Shown here piece after piece: positions 1-13,007 of a DNA stretch of 64,000 nucleotides. Each line of letters opens with the position of its first letter. The stretch's first letter is position 1. The translations under genes and the position numbers were made by a program. The stretch comes from Ascoidea asiatica JCM 7603 (Eukaryota; Fungi; Ascomycota): assembly GCA_001600695.1 (NCBI GenBank), contig BCKQ01000006.1, forward strand, positions 425,937-489,936, written 5' to 3'. The notes below the pieces were generated by a model that saw only the letters and a list, made by a program, of their open reading frames with translations, was not told the DNA's origin and ran no database searches.

Positions 1-45
1 TCTCTCTCTCTCACTTAAATACCATATTTTCCATACTTATTTAAA

Positions 46-2276
46 ATGTCAGATACTGAAGAAGATGCTTTACAATTTTATGAATTCATAACTGGTGATT
101 ATCCAATATCTTTAAAAGAAAATCAATTAAATAATTTCAAATTAAAAGTTAAAAAAGAATTAATAAATTTAAATAATGTTCCTCTTTATTTTAAAACTTT
201 AGTTTATGCCTTTAATACTTATAATAACAATAATAATAACAATAATAACTCAATTTCAAATATCTCTTTAACAACAATTGGTCATTTAATTAAAAGAGTC
301 TCAATGCAAGATAATTCAAAAAATTTTCAATCTTTAAAATTATCAATATCTGAATCAAATATTTTACAATTATTAATTAATAATTTAAATAATTTTAAAA
401 AATCTTATCAAACTTTATGTAAAAAATGTTTATTTAATTTTTTCTTAGTTTGTCAAAATGATTTAAAAATTTTTTTAAAAAATTATTTATTAATCAATTC
501 AAATAATTATAAAACTTTTTTTGATTCAAATAATTTAAAAATTTTAATAGAAATTTTAAATTTAATTTTAGAAATTTTTAATAATTTAAATAAAAATTTA
601 AATTTAGAAATTTTTTTAATTCCAATTCTTAAAATTTATCAAAATATCTCAATTTTTTTATATAATAATCAATTAAATAATAATGATAATAATAATTTAA
701 ATAATGATATTGATATGAATTTAATTAATGATTTAATAAAAAATTGTAATTTAATTGTAAAATCTTATATAAATAATGATTCAAAAAATTTAAATCATTT
801 TAAAAAAATTTCTTCAGATTTAAAAGTTCCAAATAAAATCATAAATGAATTAACAAATGATATCATTATCAATAATAATACTATCAATAATAATACTATC
901 AATAATAATAATTATAATAATATAATCAATAATAATATACTTAATGAAAATAATACAGGTGAAATAATAACCGCTGATAATTCAAATAAAATTTATATCT
1001 CAAATATTAATACCAATACCAATGTTAATACCAATGTCAATTCTCATTCCAATAGTAACAGTTCTAATAGTAATGAAAATAAAAGAATTAGACCAATGTC
1101 AACTTTAAGTTCAAGAACTATTTCAAGACCAAATATTAAACAACCTTTATCAAGACCAAATTCAAGAACAAATTCAAGATCAAATTCTCGATTAAATTCA
1201 AGAAGAAATTCTTCTCCATTAACTCCAAATAAAAATAATAATTATAACTTTCAAAAAACTTTAAATTCTTCTCAATTATCTTCTCCAATTTCAAATAACT
1301 CAAATTTAAATTCAAATTCAAATTCAAATATCACAAATTTAAATATCGATAATAATTTAAATGATATTCAATTAACTCCAGCAAAACCATATAATATTAT
1401 AAAAGATAAAAATTCAAAAACAAAATTAGATTTATTTTTAGATAATTTACCTAATTATAAAATTGATAATAATATTAATCCAATCGATATTTATGATTCA
1501 ATAAATTTTAATAATATTTTAATAAAAATGTTACCTGATTTTAAAGGTAAAGAAACTGAATTTAATTGGTCAAAAAGAGAAAAAAATATAATTAAATTAA
1601 GATCAATTATTAGAGGTAATATCTTAAATGATCATAATTTATTAAAAGTTTTTTTATTTAATTTAAAAAATAGTTTATTAGATGGTATTTCAAAATCTTC
1701 TTCATCTTTAAGAACAACTTTATCAATTAATGGTTGTAAATTAATTAAAGAAATTTTTATAATTTTAAATCAATCAATTGAATTATCAATTATTGAATAT
1801 TTTTTTAATATTTTAATCAAATTAACAATTTCAACAAAAAAATTAATTTCAAATACTGCAATGTTATCAATATCTGCTTTATTAGTTAATTTAATTCCAA
1901 ATCAAAGAATTTTAAATACTTTATATGCTTATTCAAAAGATAAAAATTTATCTCCAAGATTATATTCAGCAACTTGGATTAAAATTCTTTTATTAAATGA
2001 TTCACTTATAAGTTTAGATCAATTTAATATTGATCATATTTATAAAATTATTCAATCAAATTTAGCAGATTCAAATCCAAGTGTAAGAGAAAATTATAGA
2101 GATGTATTTTGGTTATTTTATGAAAAAGATCCTCAAAAATCTGTAAATTTATTTTCAACTTTAACTAATCCAATTAAAAAAACTTTAGAAAGATCAAAAC
2201 CTGCAAATGTTAACTGGTCTTCACTAATGTCTTCGGATACAGTTAGTTTAAATCAAATAAATAACAACAATAACAC

Positions 2277-2310
<34 letters not shown>

Positions 2311-5300
2311 GGTCATCCTATGAACGATTCAAATAGTTCAGGAATGAGTATTAGAAATTCAAGATCTAGTGCTGGAAGTAGAGCTGGAACTTTTAGAGAT
2401 TTTATAAAAGCAAATAGAGAAAAATTACAAGAACAACAAAAAGATCAAAAACATATTGAGCTTAAGCATCAACGTAATATATCAAGAAATTCAAAAGGTT
2501 CCGATACCGATTTTAATTCACTTGAAAGACCAAGATATGATCGTTCAGTTTCATCTTTAAGTCATTTTAATAGAAATGCTCCTTCATTGGGTCAACCGAT
2601 TAGAGTTTCTCATAATAGATTAAACTCTTCTTTATCAACTAGATCTGCTGTTACAACAAGCCCGACAACTTTAAATAGTCATCCAAAAACTAATTTTAGA
2701 TCTCAATCTTCTGTTGGATCAAGAAGATATATGAATTATACTGAAAGTTCTCTTAATAATATTGTACCTCAAAAAAAAATCATTCCTTCGCAATCACATA
2801 ATTCACTATCGGGAAATCCTAAAAGCATAAGAAGAAGTTTGGAAAGAGATTTAAGTTCAGGATCAATCAATAGTAATATTAGTAATAGTAATAATAACAA
2901 TGCAACTAATAATCATTTAAATAATAAACCTGCATTTAAATTTAGCTCTAATTCTTTTGCTAGTTTAAGATCCAAATTTGAAAACAATGAAAAAGACAAT
3001 TTAACATCAAATTTTCCACGATCAAGTTCAATGACTTTCAAATCCAATAATAATAATATGAATAGATTAAAAACTCAACGAAGTACACCATCTTTAAGAT
3101 TGTCGGATGATTTATTTTCAAATTCTGATAATAAAATTGAAGAAAAAAAAAATATTGACATGCTTCAATCTGAACCTATAAAACAAAATGATGTTAATAT
3201 GCAGCATAATCAAGATTTATTACTGAATTTGAAAGATGAAAATCTGATTTATAATCATAAAAATCCATCTAAGATCAATGAAGGGGTAGAAAGCTCTGAT
3301 GATGAAGAAAAAGTAGAACCTAAAGTTACTCTACTAGAGGATAATGATGTACAAATGAAAGAAGTTATTGGAAAACCCAGTTTCAGGCTTCCAGTCAGTA
3401 AATTTTCACCAATAAGGAAAGTATCAATTATGAAATCACCTTTTATTTCACCAAAAGGAACTCCTCTGAAAGCCATATCTAAAGTTACGGTATCCTCTCC
3501 AAAATCATCATATTCCTCACCTAAATCTCCATTAATGCCAATAGGCCATAAAATAATCCAAAAGTTATCAGTAGGATCAGAAGAATTTACAATGGAAGGG
3601 TTAAGATTATTTTCCAATGCTCTAAAAGATAAAGAGAGCTTTACTTTCAATGAACACCAAAAATTAAAGCGTCTCTTAAACAATCTTGCAATTAACTCTC
3701 CAACTCTTCTTTCTATTTTAATTGAAGATGATATCACTTTTCAATCAATTAATGGCTTTTTTAACTCCGATATTTTTCTTGAAATTGTTTCAATTAATTA
3801 TAAAGGTGGATTTGAGTCTTCCAAATTTAATTCTTTGGCCCTAGTTTTACTCAATATACTCGGATATGAGAATTTAATGAAAGAAACACTTTCTTTATTT
3901 GCTGCTTTAAATTCTGGTCTAAGTACAATGAACTTCATCAAGAAAAATACAGATATATTTGCAATAAAAAGGTTTTTGAAATTCAAAGAGTGTAATTTTA
4001 GGTTTCTGGTTCATTTATTGAGCTACTTATTAAAACAAAATGAAAGTTCTTTATTTGTAGAAAAAAATATGCAAAAAAGTATCAATGCAATTGTGCCTCC
4101 ACTCAAATATTTATATTCTATAAATGAATCAATTGTTGCAAATGAAGTTATGACACTGTTGTTCAATATAAATAAGGACGACTTTAAAGCCAAGCTTTTG
4201 AGTTACCTTGAAGCAGTTGATAATGAATCAAATTCTCTGCTGTTTAAAAATGAAGAGGAAGCAAAACTAAAAGTTTGCAGTGCTGATGTTCTTGGCGTTG
4301 TTGATCCAGACTTTAAAGTCGATCTTGCTGATAACTCAAATGATCAAAATAACATAAATACCGATATTTCATCCGATCATGATATAGAAATGGAAGAAGA
4401 TGATGCATTACTAAAATCCCAAGAACATTTAAGCCCAGTAAAGGCTAGTGAGGTCAAAACTGGAGGTAATAGCAGGGAGACTAACAGCTTCAACCCTCAA
4501 CCTAATACTGGTTCAAATTTCAGTCCATTTAAGATACAAAACTTAGAAGGTGAAAATATGATTTTCAACAAAGAGCAAGAGAAACAATTACTGGAGCTAA
4601 CTATTATAAATCCATCAAAGGATATTAAACAACTTTTAAAAGATAATACTAACTTGATGAAACCCCCACCCAAAGTTAATATGATTGCAAAAGAGGAAGC
4701 ATCGCTTTCTTCTACAACACAAAAATCAAGCTTAACTTCAAGTAAACCAACAAGTATTGATGAAGAGATGCCATTTGATGATGCTGTAATAATTGACAAT
4801 ATATTCACTAAATCTATTCTTGAAGAAACAGTAGATGCTCATAATTCACTCAAACTGGAAACTACTAATGAAGCAATTAAAGAAAATTTACCTACAAAGG
4901 CTGCCCAGCAAAAAAACAGCTTTGAATCCAATGCCTATAATAAAAATGGATTAATTGAACAAAATGATCAATACTCAAAAGATAATTATATTATAAATTC
5001 TGCTGAAAGCAAACATAATTTGGAAAAAATGATTAAGGATACAGATCCAATTCTCTCTAAAATAACTCAACCATTTATTATTTATCAAGATGTCCGTAAA
5101 TCAAAAGCTTCAAACATTAATATGTCATCAGATGTTTGTTCGACAACTTTTTTATTTGAAAAGCATCTTATGAAGTATGAGCTTTCGTACCAAAAAATAA
5201 ACTCACAGTTGAATAGTAATGATGCTGAATTTACTAGAAGAAAACTTAGAAATCGATCATTAATAAGGGTAAAATTTACAATTGATGAGCTTGAAAAAAA

Positions 5301-6159
5301 AATTTCAAATATACCAACAACAAATTGCTCTGAGTCAGATATGGTGGTAATCATTTTTATAATTAAAAATCTTGTTAAGAGCTATAACGAATCCGACTTT
5401 AAAAAGAATGGTCTTTATCAGCCTTTGCAGGAATGGTATACTACTAAAGGATTTGAAATGCTACTAAAAAATACAGTTATATTTTTTGAAAGTTATAGAT
5501 CCGGAAATATTTTTGGTAATGAGTTACCTGCAATGCTGCTAACTTTGTTGAATTTATTAATCTATAAGTCCAAAATAATAACTGAAAATGGGACAGAAAC
5601 TCTTCTTTTGAAAAAGGGAGATAGAATAGATTCAATTTTTAACTGTTTATTGGATTCTGTTAAATCTACGCGTGAAATTAATGATCGTCTTTTTATTCTC
5701 AGTGAAGAAGTTGTAAATGGATTATTCTCCTTAAATGATCGCAGTATAATGAAACAATTAGTGGATCTTGGCTATGTGTCATTGATTTCTACTAATCCAG
5801 AAAGAAATTCTTTACTACTGTTTTCATTAAGTTCAATAACCAAAGTGTTAAGTATTTTTATTTTGGAATATGATTTTATTAATACTAAAGAAATTGAATA
5901 TCTTAATCAAGTTATTCTTAGAATGAATGAAAAAGTTAGACCATTCTTATATGATAAAAATGTGGAATTAAGAAGGCTTGCAGTAATAATGTTTGCATTA
6001 TTCAAATTATATCAAGGTAAGTTGAGAGCGAATAATGATGAAGCCAATAGTTCAGTCATTGATATTGCATTTTCTGATTTAAATCCATCTCGTAAAAGAT
6101 TAATTGATTTTTATAGTCAAAAAGATATTAATTCATGTATTATTAATCGATTAGCATGA
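46..6159 (+). CDS. STU1: CLASP-family microtubule-associated protein Stu1
   Basis: 2037-aa ORF. It has a CLASP_N/TOG-like segment (FKGKETEFNWSKRE...SLRTTLSINGC...LADSNPSVRENYRDVFW), an N-terminal 'LTTIGHLIKRVSMQD' typical of Stu1, and a C-terminal 'FLYDKNVELRRLAV...RKRLIDFY'. Confidence 0.88.
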
Positions 6160-6369
6160 ACGACAGTTGAATTATGCCTAATCAACAAACTTTTAGCTAA
6201 TTAATTTTTTTTAAATTTTTTTTTTTTTTTTAAAAAACTTTTTCATTTCTTTTGTTTGTTAATTTTATTCTTGATACCTAATGTATAATTTAATAAATTG
6301 CTTTTATTTTTTCAATTCATAGAAACTAAAATAAGAAAATTGAAATATAATATATAATTAAACAATGGT

Positions 6370-7857
6370 TTAATGATCTAAAGTAATATAATCCATGTTT
6401 TTAATTACAGGTCTATCTTTTATGAATTCTAAACCTTCACCATTATATGAAACCAAAGCATCCACTTCAGCAAGATCATTATCATTTGAAAAAACAGCAC
6501 CATTTTCTTTTAACCATTTTGTATGTAAAGTAAGTAAATCATGAGCACTTGTTTCAGGAGTATCAGATTTAGCACCAGAAGCATTTTTTAAAGGAGAAAA
6601 TTCTTCTTCTCTTTTAACTTCTAAGCAACCAAATTTATTCATATCAATACTTTCAAAAATATCAAAAATGAATTGTTCTAATTTTATACCATTTGGAATT
6701 GAAGGTTTAATAGTTGAATTTGTTTCAGAATTATAATATGGAATTTTTTTTTTTGCAATATGATAAGGTAAATATTTTCTTGAATTAATCCAAATTGGAA
6801 TCATTTTATTTAAAAGATCAACAGAATAATAATGATTAACAATATTACCAGCTCTTAAATATAATAAATTATTATTTAAAGGATCTTTTTTAATTGATAA
6901 ATCATTTGAAATTTCACTATATTCAATTACTGAAGGTTTATTATTTTTTGAAATTATTAAACCAACAGATTCATTTGGATCAATTTTTCTTACAACTTTT
7001 GTAATTAATTGTAAATTTTTTTCAAAAGCTAAACCAATAAATAATGGATCAGCAATTTTAACTAAACAATTATCAACACAATACATATGAATATGTTTTA
7101 AACCTCTTTTATTAAAATCATTTAATAAATTATTATCATAAATACCTTTATATAAACCACCATTACCATCAGGAGATTTTGATAATTTAAATTTTGAATT
7201 TAATAAAATTTTATCACCATTAATATTAAAACATGGTAAAGTACCTTGATTAAAAAAAATAATATTATTTGGATTAAGATTAAAATAATTTTTTGATTTA
7301 AAAAAATTTTCTGTTGAAAATCTTGTTGATTCTGAAGTCATTATATACCATGGTAAAATTCCACCATTTGATAAATTTTGTAAAGTTTTAATTCTTTTTG
7401 CTTGTAATTCAAATAAAGAATTTTTTGAAGGTATATTTAAATTAAAAGTACCTTTTGGAGAATTTAAACCTAATCTTGTACCTTGACCACCAGCCATTAA
7501 AATTATTCCAACTTTATTTTCTTTAATTAAATTTAAACCTTTTAAGAATAATGAATTTTGATCAGATTTATTAATTAAATTATTTTTATCATCATTTAAT
7601 AAAGAATAATAATTATCATTAGGTAATTGATTAATTTTATTATTAGTTTTATCAGAAGAATTATTTTTTGAAAATTTAAGATCATTTAAAGCATCTTTAA
7701 CATTATTAATTAAATTTAAAGGATTTGAAATTTCTTTTAAATCTTTTAATAAAGATAATTTTTCATCATTATTTAATTCATCATAATATTGAAATAAATG
7801 AGATTGACCTGCTTTTATAAATGAATTTTTAATTTCTTCGAAGTTTTCTAAAGACAT
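6370..7857 (-). CDS. QRI1: UDP-N-acetylglucosamine pyrophosphorylase
   Basis: Motifs LMAGGQGTRLG, SPDGNGGLY, HMYCVDN, KLEQFIFD and EEFSPLKNA. Confidence 0.97.
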   Translation of the reverse strand: MSLENFEEIKNSFIKAGQSHLFQYYDELNNDEKLSLLKDLKEISNPLNLINNVKDALNDLKFSKNNSSDKTNNKINQLPNDNYYSLLNDDKNNLINKSDQNSLFLKGLNLIKENKVGIILMAGGQGTRLGLNSPKGTFNLNIPSKNSLFELQAKRIKTLQNLSNGGILPWYIMTSESTRFSTENFFKSKNYFNLNPNNIIFFNQGTLPCFNINGDKILLNSKFKLSKSPDGNGGLYKGIYDNNLLNDFNKRGLKHIHMYCVDNCLVKIADPLFIGLAFEKNLQLITKVVRKIDPNESVGLIISKNNKPSVIEYSEISNDLSIKKDPLNNNLLYLRAGNIVNHYYSVDLLNKMIPIWINSRKYLPYHIAKKKIPYYNSETNSTIKPSIPNGIKLEQFIFDIFESIDMNKFGCLEVKREEEFSPLKNASGAKSDTPETSAHDLLTLHTKWLKENGAVFSNDNDLAEVDALVSYNGEGLEFIKDRPVIKNMDYITLDH

Positions 7858-8336
7858 GTTAAATTAAACTTAATATTTGAATTGAATCTTTTACTGGTGA
7901 TAATGAACAGTGGGGGTATAATTTGAATAATCTTTTTGAATAATCTTTCTCTTTCTTCTTCAATTTGGAATTGGATATTAAAAAGCTGTGGATAATTGAA
8001 TATTTAAATATATTTATTATTATATCTTGTATCTTTTACTTTATTATTATTGTGTTGTGTGTCGTAGTTAAAAACGGCCTGGGCTGTGGGAACGTTTCGA
8101 GACGGGGCGGTGCAGGGTCTGTTTGGGCTGTGGAGAAGCAGAAGCGGCGCAGTTGGAAGAAGACCCGGAAATACGGTCTCATTTTCATTTTTTATATTTT
8201 TTATTTTATTTTCCATTGTTCATTCGTTGTCTATTATTGTATTTATTGAGTTGATTCTATTTAATGTTATTGATTTCTATTTATATTGGTTTGATATGAA
8301 TATTTGTTTGAATTATTGGAGAGTGAGTATTGGGTA

Positions 8337-9488
8337 TTAGTTTAGATTATTTAAATCATCATCTTCAAGATCACATAATTCTTTCAAGGACATTTTTTTT
8401 AAAATTTCTGCTTTTTCAGTAAAATTATTATAAATATCATTTTTAATTTTAAAAGTATGAATACCAATTTCAGGAAATTTATTTAATTTAACATCATTAT
8501 TATAATTTGAGATTGAATTTGTTGCAATTTTTAAAAAATTATTATAATTTTTAACAAATTTTGGTAAATTATTTATACCATGCATACCTAAAAGATCAGA
8601 TTGTACTAAAACTTGACCGGATGTAAAAGGTCCAGCACCAATACCAATTGTTGGAATTTTTAAATTATTAGTAATAAATTTAGATAATTTATTTGGTATA
8701 CATTCAAGTACAATTAATTTAACACCAGATTTTTGTAAAGATAAAGCATTTTTAAAAATTTTTAAAGAATCTAAAATTGTTTTACCTTGAACTTTAAACC
8801 CACTTAAAGAATTAAATCTTTGTGGTGTTAAACCAATATGAGCAATAGTTGAAATTCCAATTGAATTTAATTTTTTAAATAATGGTACAAATTCAGAACC
8901 ACCTTCTAATTTAATTGCATTTGCACCATTTTTAATTAAAATTATTGAATTTTCTATACATTTTTCAAAACTTGATTCATATGAACCAAAAGGTAAATCT
9001 GCAATTAAATATGAATTTCTTACACCTCTTGAAACTGATTTTACATGATATTTAAATTCTTCAAATGATATTTCATTTGTTGTTGGATAACCTAAAGAAA
9101 CCATGGCTAATGAATCTCCAATTAAAATAATATCTGTATTTTGACTTAAATCTGCAAATTTTGCAGTAATAAAATCATGAGCTGTAATTACAGATATTGG
9201 AATATTTTTATTATATAATTCATAAATATCATTAATTGTTTTACGTTTATTTAAATCTGTTTTTTTACTTATTGGTTTTAAGTTTAAACCTGATTTTCCA
9301 TTTTCATTTCCATTTTCATTTTCATTTTCATTTTCTATTTCTAATGAACCATTTGGATAAGCAGATAATTTTTTTGAAAAAGATTGAAAATTTCTTTTAT
9401 TGAATTGTAATGAGAATAAATTTAAACATTTCTTACTTGAAATTGTAATGGAATTAACCATTATTCTTGATTTACTAACAAATATCAT
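8337..9488 (-). CDS. ECM31: Ketopantoate hydroxymethyltransferase (PanB family), probably mitochondrial
   Basis: Motifs ITAHDF, ILIGDSLAMVSLG, ADLPFGSYE, IKLEGG, HIGLTPQ and PTIGIGAG; basic N-terminal presequence. The start may be a downstream Met. Confidence 0.96.
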   Translation of the reverse strand: MIFVSKSRIMVNSITISSKKCLNLFSLQFNKRNFQSFSKKLSAYPNGSLEIENENENENGNENGKSGLNLKPISKKTDLNKRKTINDIYELYNKNIPISVITAHDFITAKFADLSQNTDIILIGDSLAMVSLGYPTTNEISFEEFKYHVKSVSRGVRNSYLIADLPFGSYESSFEKCIENSIILIKNGANAIKLEGGSEFVPLFKKLNSIGISTIAHIGLTPQRFNSLSGFKVQGKTILDSLKIFKNALSLQKSGVKLIVLECIPNKLSKFITNNLKIPTIGIGAGPFTSGQVLVQSDLLGMHGINNLPKFVKNYNNFLKIATNSISNYNNDVKLNKFPEIGIHTFKIKNDIYNNFTEKAEILKKMSLKELCDLEDDDLNNLN

Positions 9489-9913
9489 TATAATGAAGTG
9501 AATTTAACCTGAGAAATGAAAGTAATCAGTAAAAAGAAGAATAACAAAAAGAAGAAGAAGAAGAAGAAGAAGAAGAAGAAGAAATAACTGCATAAATAAA
9601 TGTCTTCTTAAGAGTTTTCTTCTCGCACACTCGTTCCTGATTGAAAAGTGCAAGAAAAGAAGACCCGTGGAACTGGATACACCAGCCATAAGTGCACCTC
9701 CACATTCAGCCGCGGTCACATAAACTGAAGTTAACTCAATTTGAAATATTTACAAAAAAGTCACAAAGTTATAAAAAACATTTATTAAAGAATTAAAAAA
9801 TAAAGAAAATTATAATATTGATTTATATTTTATTTTATCATTTAAAGAAGAAGAATTGAATTAGAGTTTGAGTTTGAGTTTGGATATAAATAATGAATTT
9901 TTAATATTATTTC

Positions 9914-10276
9914 TCATCTAGAGAACTTGTATAAGAAGTATATTATATGTAATGAATTATTTAATGTAAATAATATTGTCAGTTTATTTCTCATAATTAT
10001 AGACCATAAATCATTTGAAGTATCAGTAATTTCAATTTGATTTTGAATTTTTTGAATATTTTGATAGTTTTTTAATAATTCATCTAAATTTTGCTTCAAT
10101 TCATTCAATGTATTTTTTAATTCTTCTTGAAATTTGAAATTATTTGAGATTATTTCTTCTAATAATTCTTTTGATTTGATTAATTCATTTAAAACATTAT
10201 TATTTGAAATAGATTGATTTTTTTCTTCTTCTAAAGAATCTAATTTTTTTAGTTTATCAATTGCAAAATAAGTCAT
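9914..10276 (-). CDS. Hypothetical 120-aa coiled-coil protein with hydrophobic C-terminus
   Basis: ATG-initiated ORF with genome-typical codons and heptad-like E/L/N/K content, downstream of a GC island at ~10480-10625. Confidence 0.5.
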   Translation of the reverse strand: MTYFAIDKLKKLDSLEEEKNQSISNNNVLNELIKSKELLEEIISNNFKFQEELKNTLNELKQNLDELLKNYQNIQKIQNQIEITDTSNDLWSIIMRNKLTILFTLNNSLHIIYFLYKFSR

Positions 10277-10732
10277 ATTTAATCTATTTGATAATTAGAT
10301 CTTTTCTGTTGATTATCCTTTTGCTCTTTGTTGAAGACCTCCTTGCAGTTAGTTTATATATTTTATTCTATCATGATGAGTAACAAACATGCTGTAAGTT
10401 TTCTTTCCTGTTTTCTTTCTTCTTTTCAATTCATTTTCAATTCATTTTCAATTCTGTTTCAATTCTGTTTCAATTCTGCTTCTTCTTCTTCTGCTTCTCC
10501 TTCCACAAAAACCAGTAGCAGCAAAAACATCTTTTTAAACTGCAACTTTTCTGGTTTTGCACACAAATGCTTTGGTTTGACGTTGGATCCGCAGTTCTGG
10601 AAACTAAGGAGGAATTGCTTCAGTGGATCAATTATTTCAGCAAACATTTACTATATAGAAAAATAATAAAAAGATTCTAAGAAAAAAATAAATAGAAGAT
10701 CAAATAAAAAATTATTTTACAATAGTTTTTAA

Positions 10733-11918
10733 CTATACTAAGCTTGTGAATTCTCGATTACGAAAAAATAAAGAAGCGTCTATTGCCCAATAATCTTCAT
10801 CAAAAATTTTTAATTTGCTTTGCTCTTCTTCTTCTCTAGGACCTATAATATATTTTCGAAGAATAATGTCTAAATCCTTTAAAGTATTCCCTTTGGAATG
10901 TGAAAAAAAAGTTTTCCTTTTAATTTTTTTATAATTAAATTTTACTGAAGAAGTTAATTGTACTGTTGATTTAAACGGATTTTCTGAAATTGCAATCATA
11001 CCTAAAAAAATTGTATCATAATAATGATAGTAATAATAATTTACTCCAATTTTATTTTCTCTCTTTTTTTTAATTCTATTTTCAACTTGTTTTATTGATT
11101 CAATTAGATCAGGAATATCATTATTAATATAATGTCTTAAATCAATTATTTTAAACAAATCTTTAATACCCAAATTCAGCATTCTAAAATATTGCTTTCC
11201 TAACATATTAGTGGAATGACTTCCTACAGCCAAGAGTAGACCAAGTGAATTTATTAAACCTTTTTTTGAATTTCCTTTTGGATTTTCAATTAATTTATTA
11301 TTACCAAAATATAATTTAGAAGAAATAATCCTATCAAACATATCAGAATCTATTTGAAAGGAATTTGAAGAAAAAAATTCAAAAAAAATTGGTGTTAAAT
11401 CTTCTTTCATATTTGTAATTTTAACTTTTTCTTCCATTAATAATAAAAGGTATTTTAATAAATTTCTAAAAAGCTTTGCTGCATTTTTGAAATAAGTTTT
11501 AATAACCAAATTTACATAAATTTTGTTTATATATGTAATTTCAAACGATTCACCCATAATTACTAAATAACCCAACATACCAATAATATAAGCTAAGGCA
11601 TCTATTCTTAATCGTAATTCAAGATTACCCAAAAAGTATTTTAATTTAAATTCTTGATTCTTAGAAAAAACTGGAGTAAAAAAATAATCTTATGTCTTGA
11701 ACATTGAAATTTGGAGGTAAAGTTTTATTTATTAGTTTATATGCATATTTAGATTTCTCATTGATTATTTTTAAATATAGTCCATTTTGATATTTATATA
11801 TATTTCTATCATATACGAAATATTTAAAATCATCCATTTTTAAGCTTTCTGTTGTATTTGAATTTGTATTTGTGATTAAATTTATATTTTCAAAACCTGT
11901 AATTTTTTGGGTTGACAT
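10733..11918 (-). pseudogene. Orphan ~394-aa gene split by a 1-nt frameshift (pseudogene or assembly error)
   Basis: ORFs 11661-11918 and 10733-11632 join in frame (..IRLFF/TPVFSKNQEFKLKYFLGNLELR..) if one base is removed from the A7 run at 11678-11684 or the A6 run at 11665-11670. Confidence 0.55.
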
Positions 11919-13007
11919 TTTTGAGTTATTTATTAATGATGTATATAAATTTAAATAAAAAAATTATAATTCTTTTTAATGAAAATACTCTTTTTGTATT
12001 AATTTTCAGTTATTGAATTATTATTATTTGAGTAGGTAAATAAATAATGATTAAATAAGTAAATTACTTAAAAAAAAAATTAACAAACGAATAACAAATA
12101 TTATCAATTAGTTAAAGAAACTTAGCAATTGAATATAAAAATTAGATCAAACTAACTAGATCAAACTAACATACAATATAGCATTTAAGGTTAATTAAGG
12201 TTATCCTTCCTGCAAAGAACTGCAAATGCCAATACTGGAGTTCATTTACGAGTTACCATCCCAGAATTTCGAATATGTAATTTCATGAAAGTATGTTTAA
12301 ATTAATATTATTTTACTCCAGGAAATATATAAAGTTGTTTTAATAGTTAATAGTTAAGATATTGATATTTTTTTTATTCTAATGAATACATAAGAAGAGC
12401 AAAATTTTTTAGATCAATTGACTATTGATTTTTTTAGAAATTGTGCAGGATTTTGTAAGGTAATCAAAGTTATTAATCATTTTCTGGTTCAAAAGTTATA
12501 ATCATAAGGTTGGTCAATGTGCTTGGAAAGGTGATAATAAATTTTTTTGGTAAAAGTGAAGAAAAGAATACTCAATTCTAGAAAATAAAATCAGTATTAC
12601 TTTATGTGGACGTGGATCTATTCAAAATAAAGATTAAAAAAAAAAGGGCTAAAAAAGGGTTATAGAAAATATCTGATCAAGGACTATAAACAACAACAAG
12701 CAAGATGAAAGAGTGAAAGAGCTTTTTGAATAAGATTCAAATAGCCCAATGAAGCTTATTACTCTTTTCTTATGATCATTGTTGATTTCAGTTTTAATAA
12801 AAGTTTATTTGATTTTTCTTGATCAAATTCCATTTTTTGATTGTATTAGCCAGGTTTATGATTACAATATGTAGAGGCTTCGGATTATCCAAGAAACAAT
12901 TGAATATACAGTATATAAAAATTTATAATTCATATTTATATTTTATATTTCATGTTTATTTTCTACAAATTTAAAAAGAAAATATTTCTTTAAAAAATAT
13001 TTATTAA

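Noticed and set aside
1136-5354. Antisense ORFs within STU1, and similar ones within HOP1, CDC53, EMW1, BRN1, PBP2, POL5 and the OPT gene
   Set aside because: Shadow frames caused by codon bias and repeats; mostly non-ATG starts and no motifs.
7965-8340. Short ORFs over GC islands (also 9504-9719, 10328-10666, 14309-14723, 17192-17713, 21064-21943, 25687-26027, 32321-32612, 43309-43635, 56735-56971)
   Set aside because: Stops are depleted by local GC. Codon use is unlike real genes and the positions match promoters.
11672-11817. Intron as the explanation for the orphan frameshift (GTATAT..AACTAAT..CCAG on the minus strand)
   Set aside because: Non-consensus donor, and the phase does not restore the reading frame.
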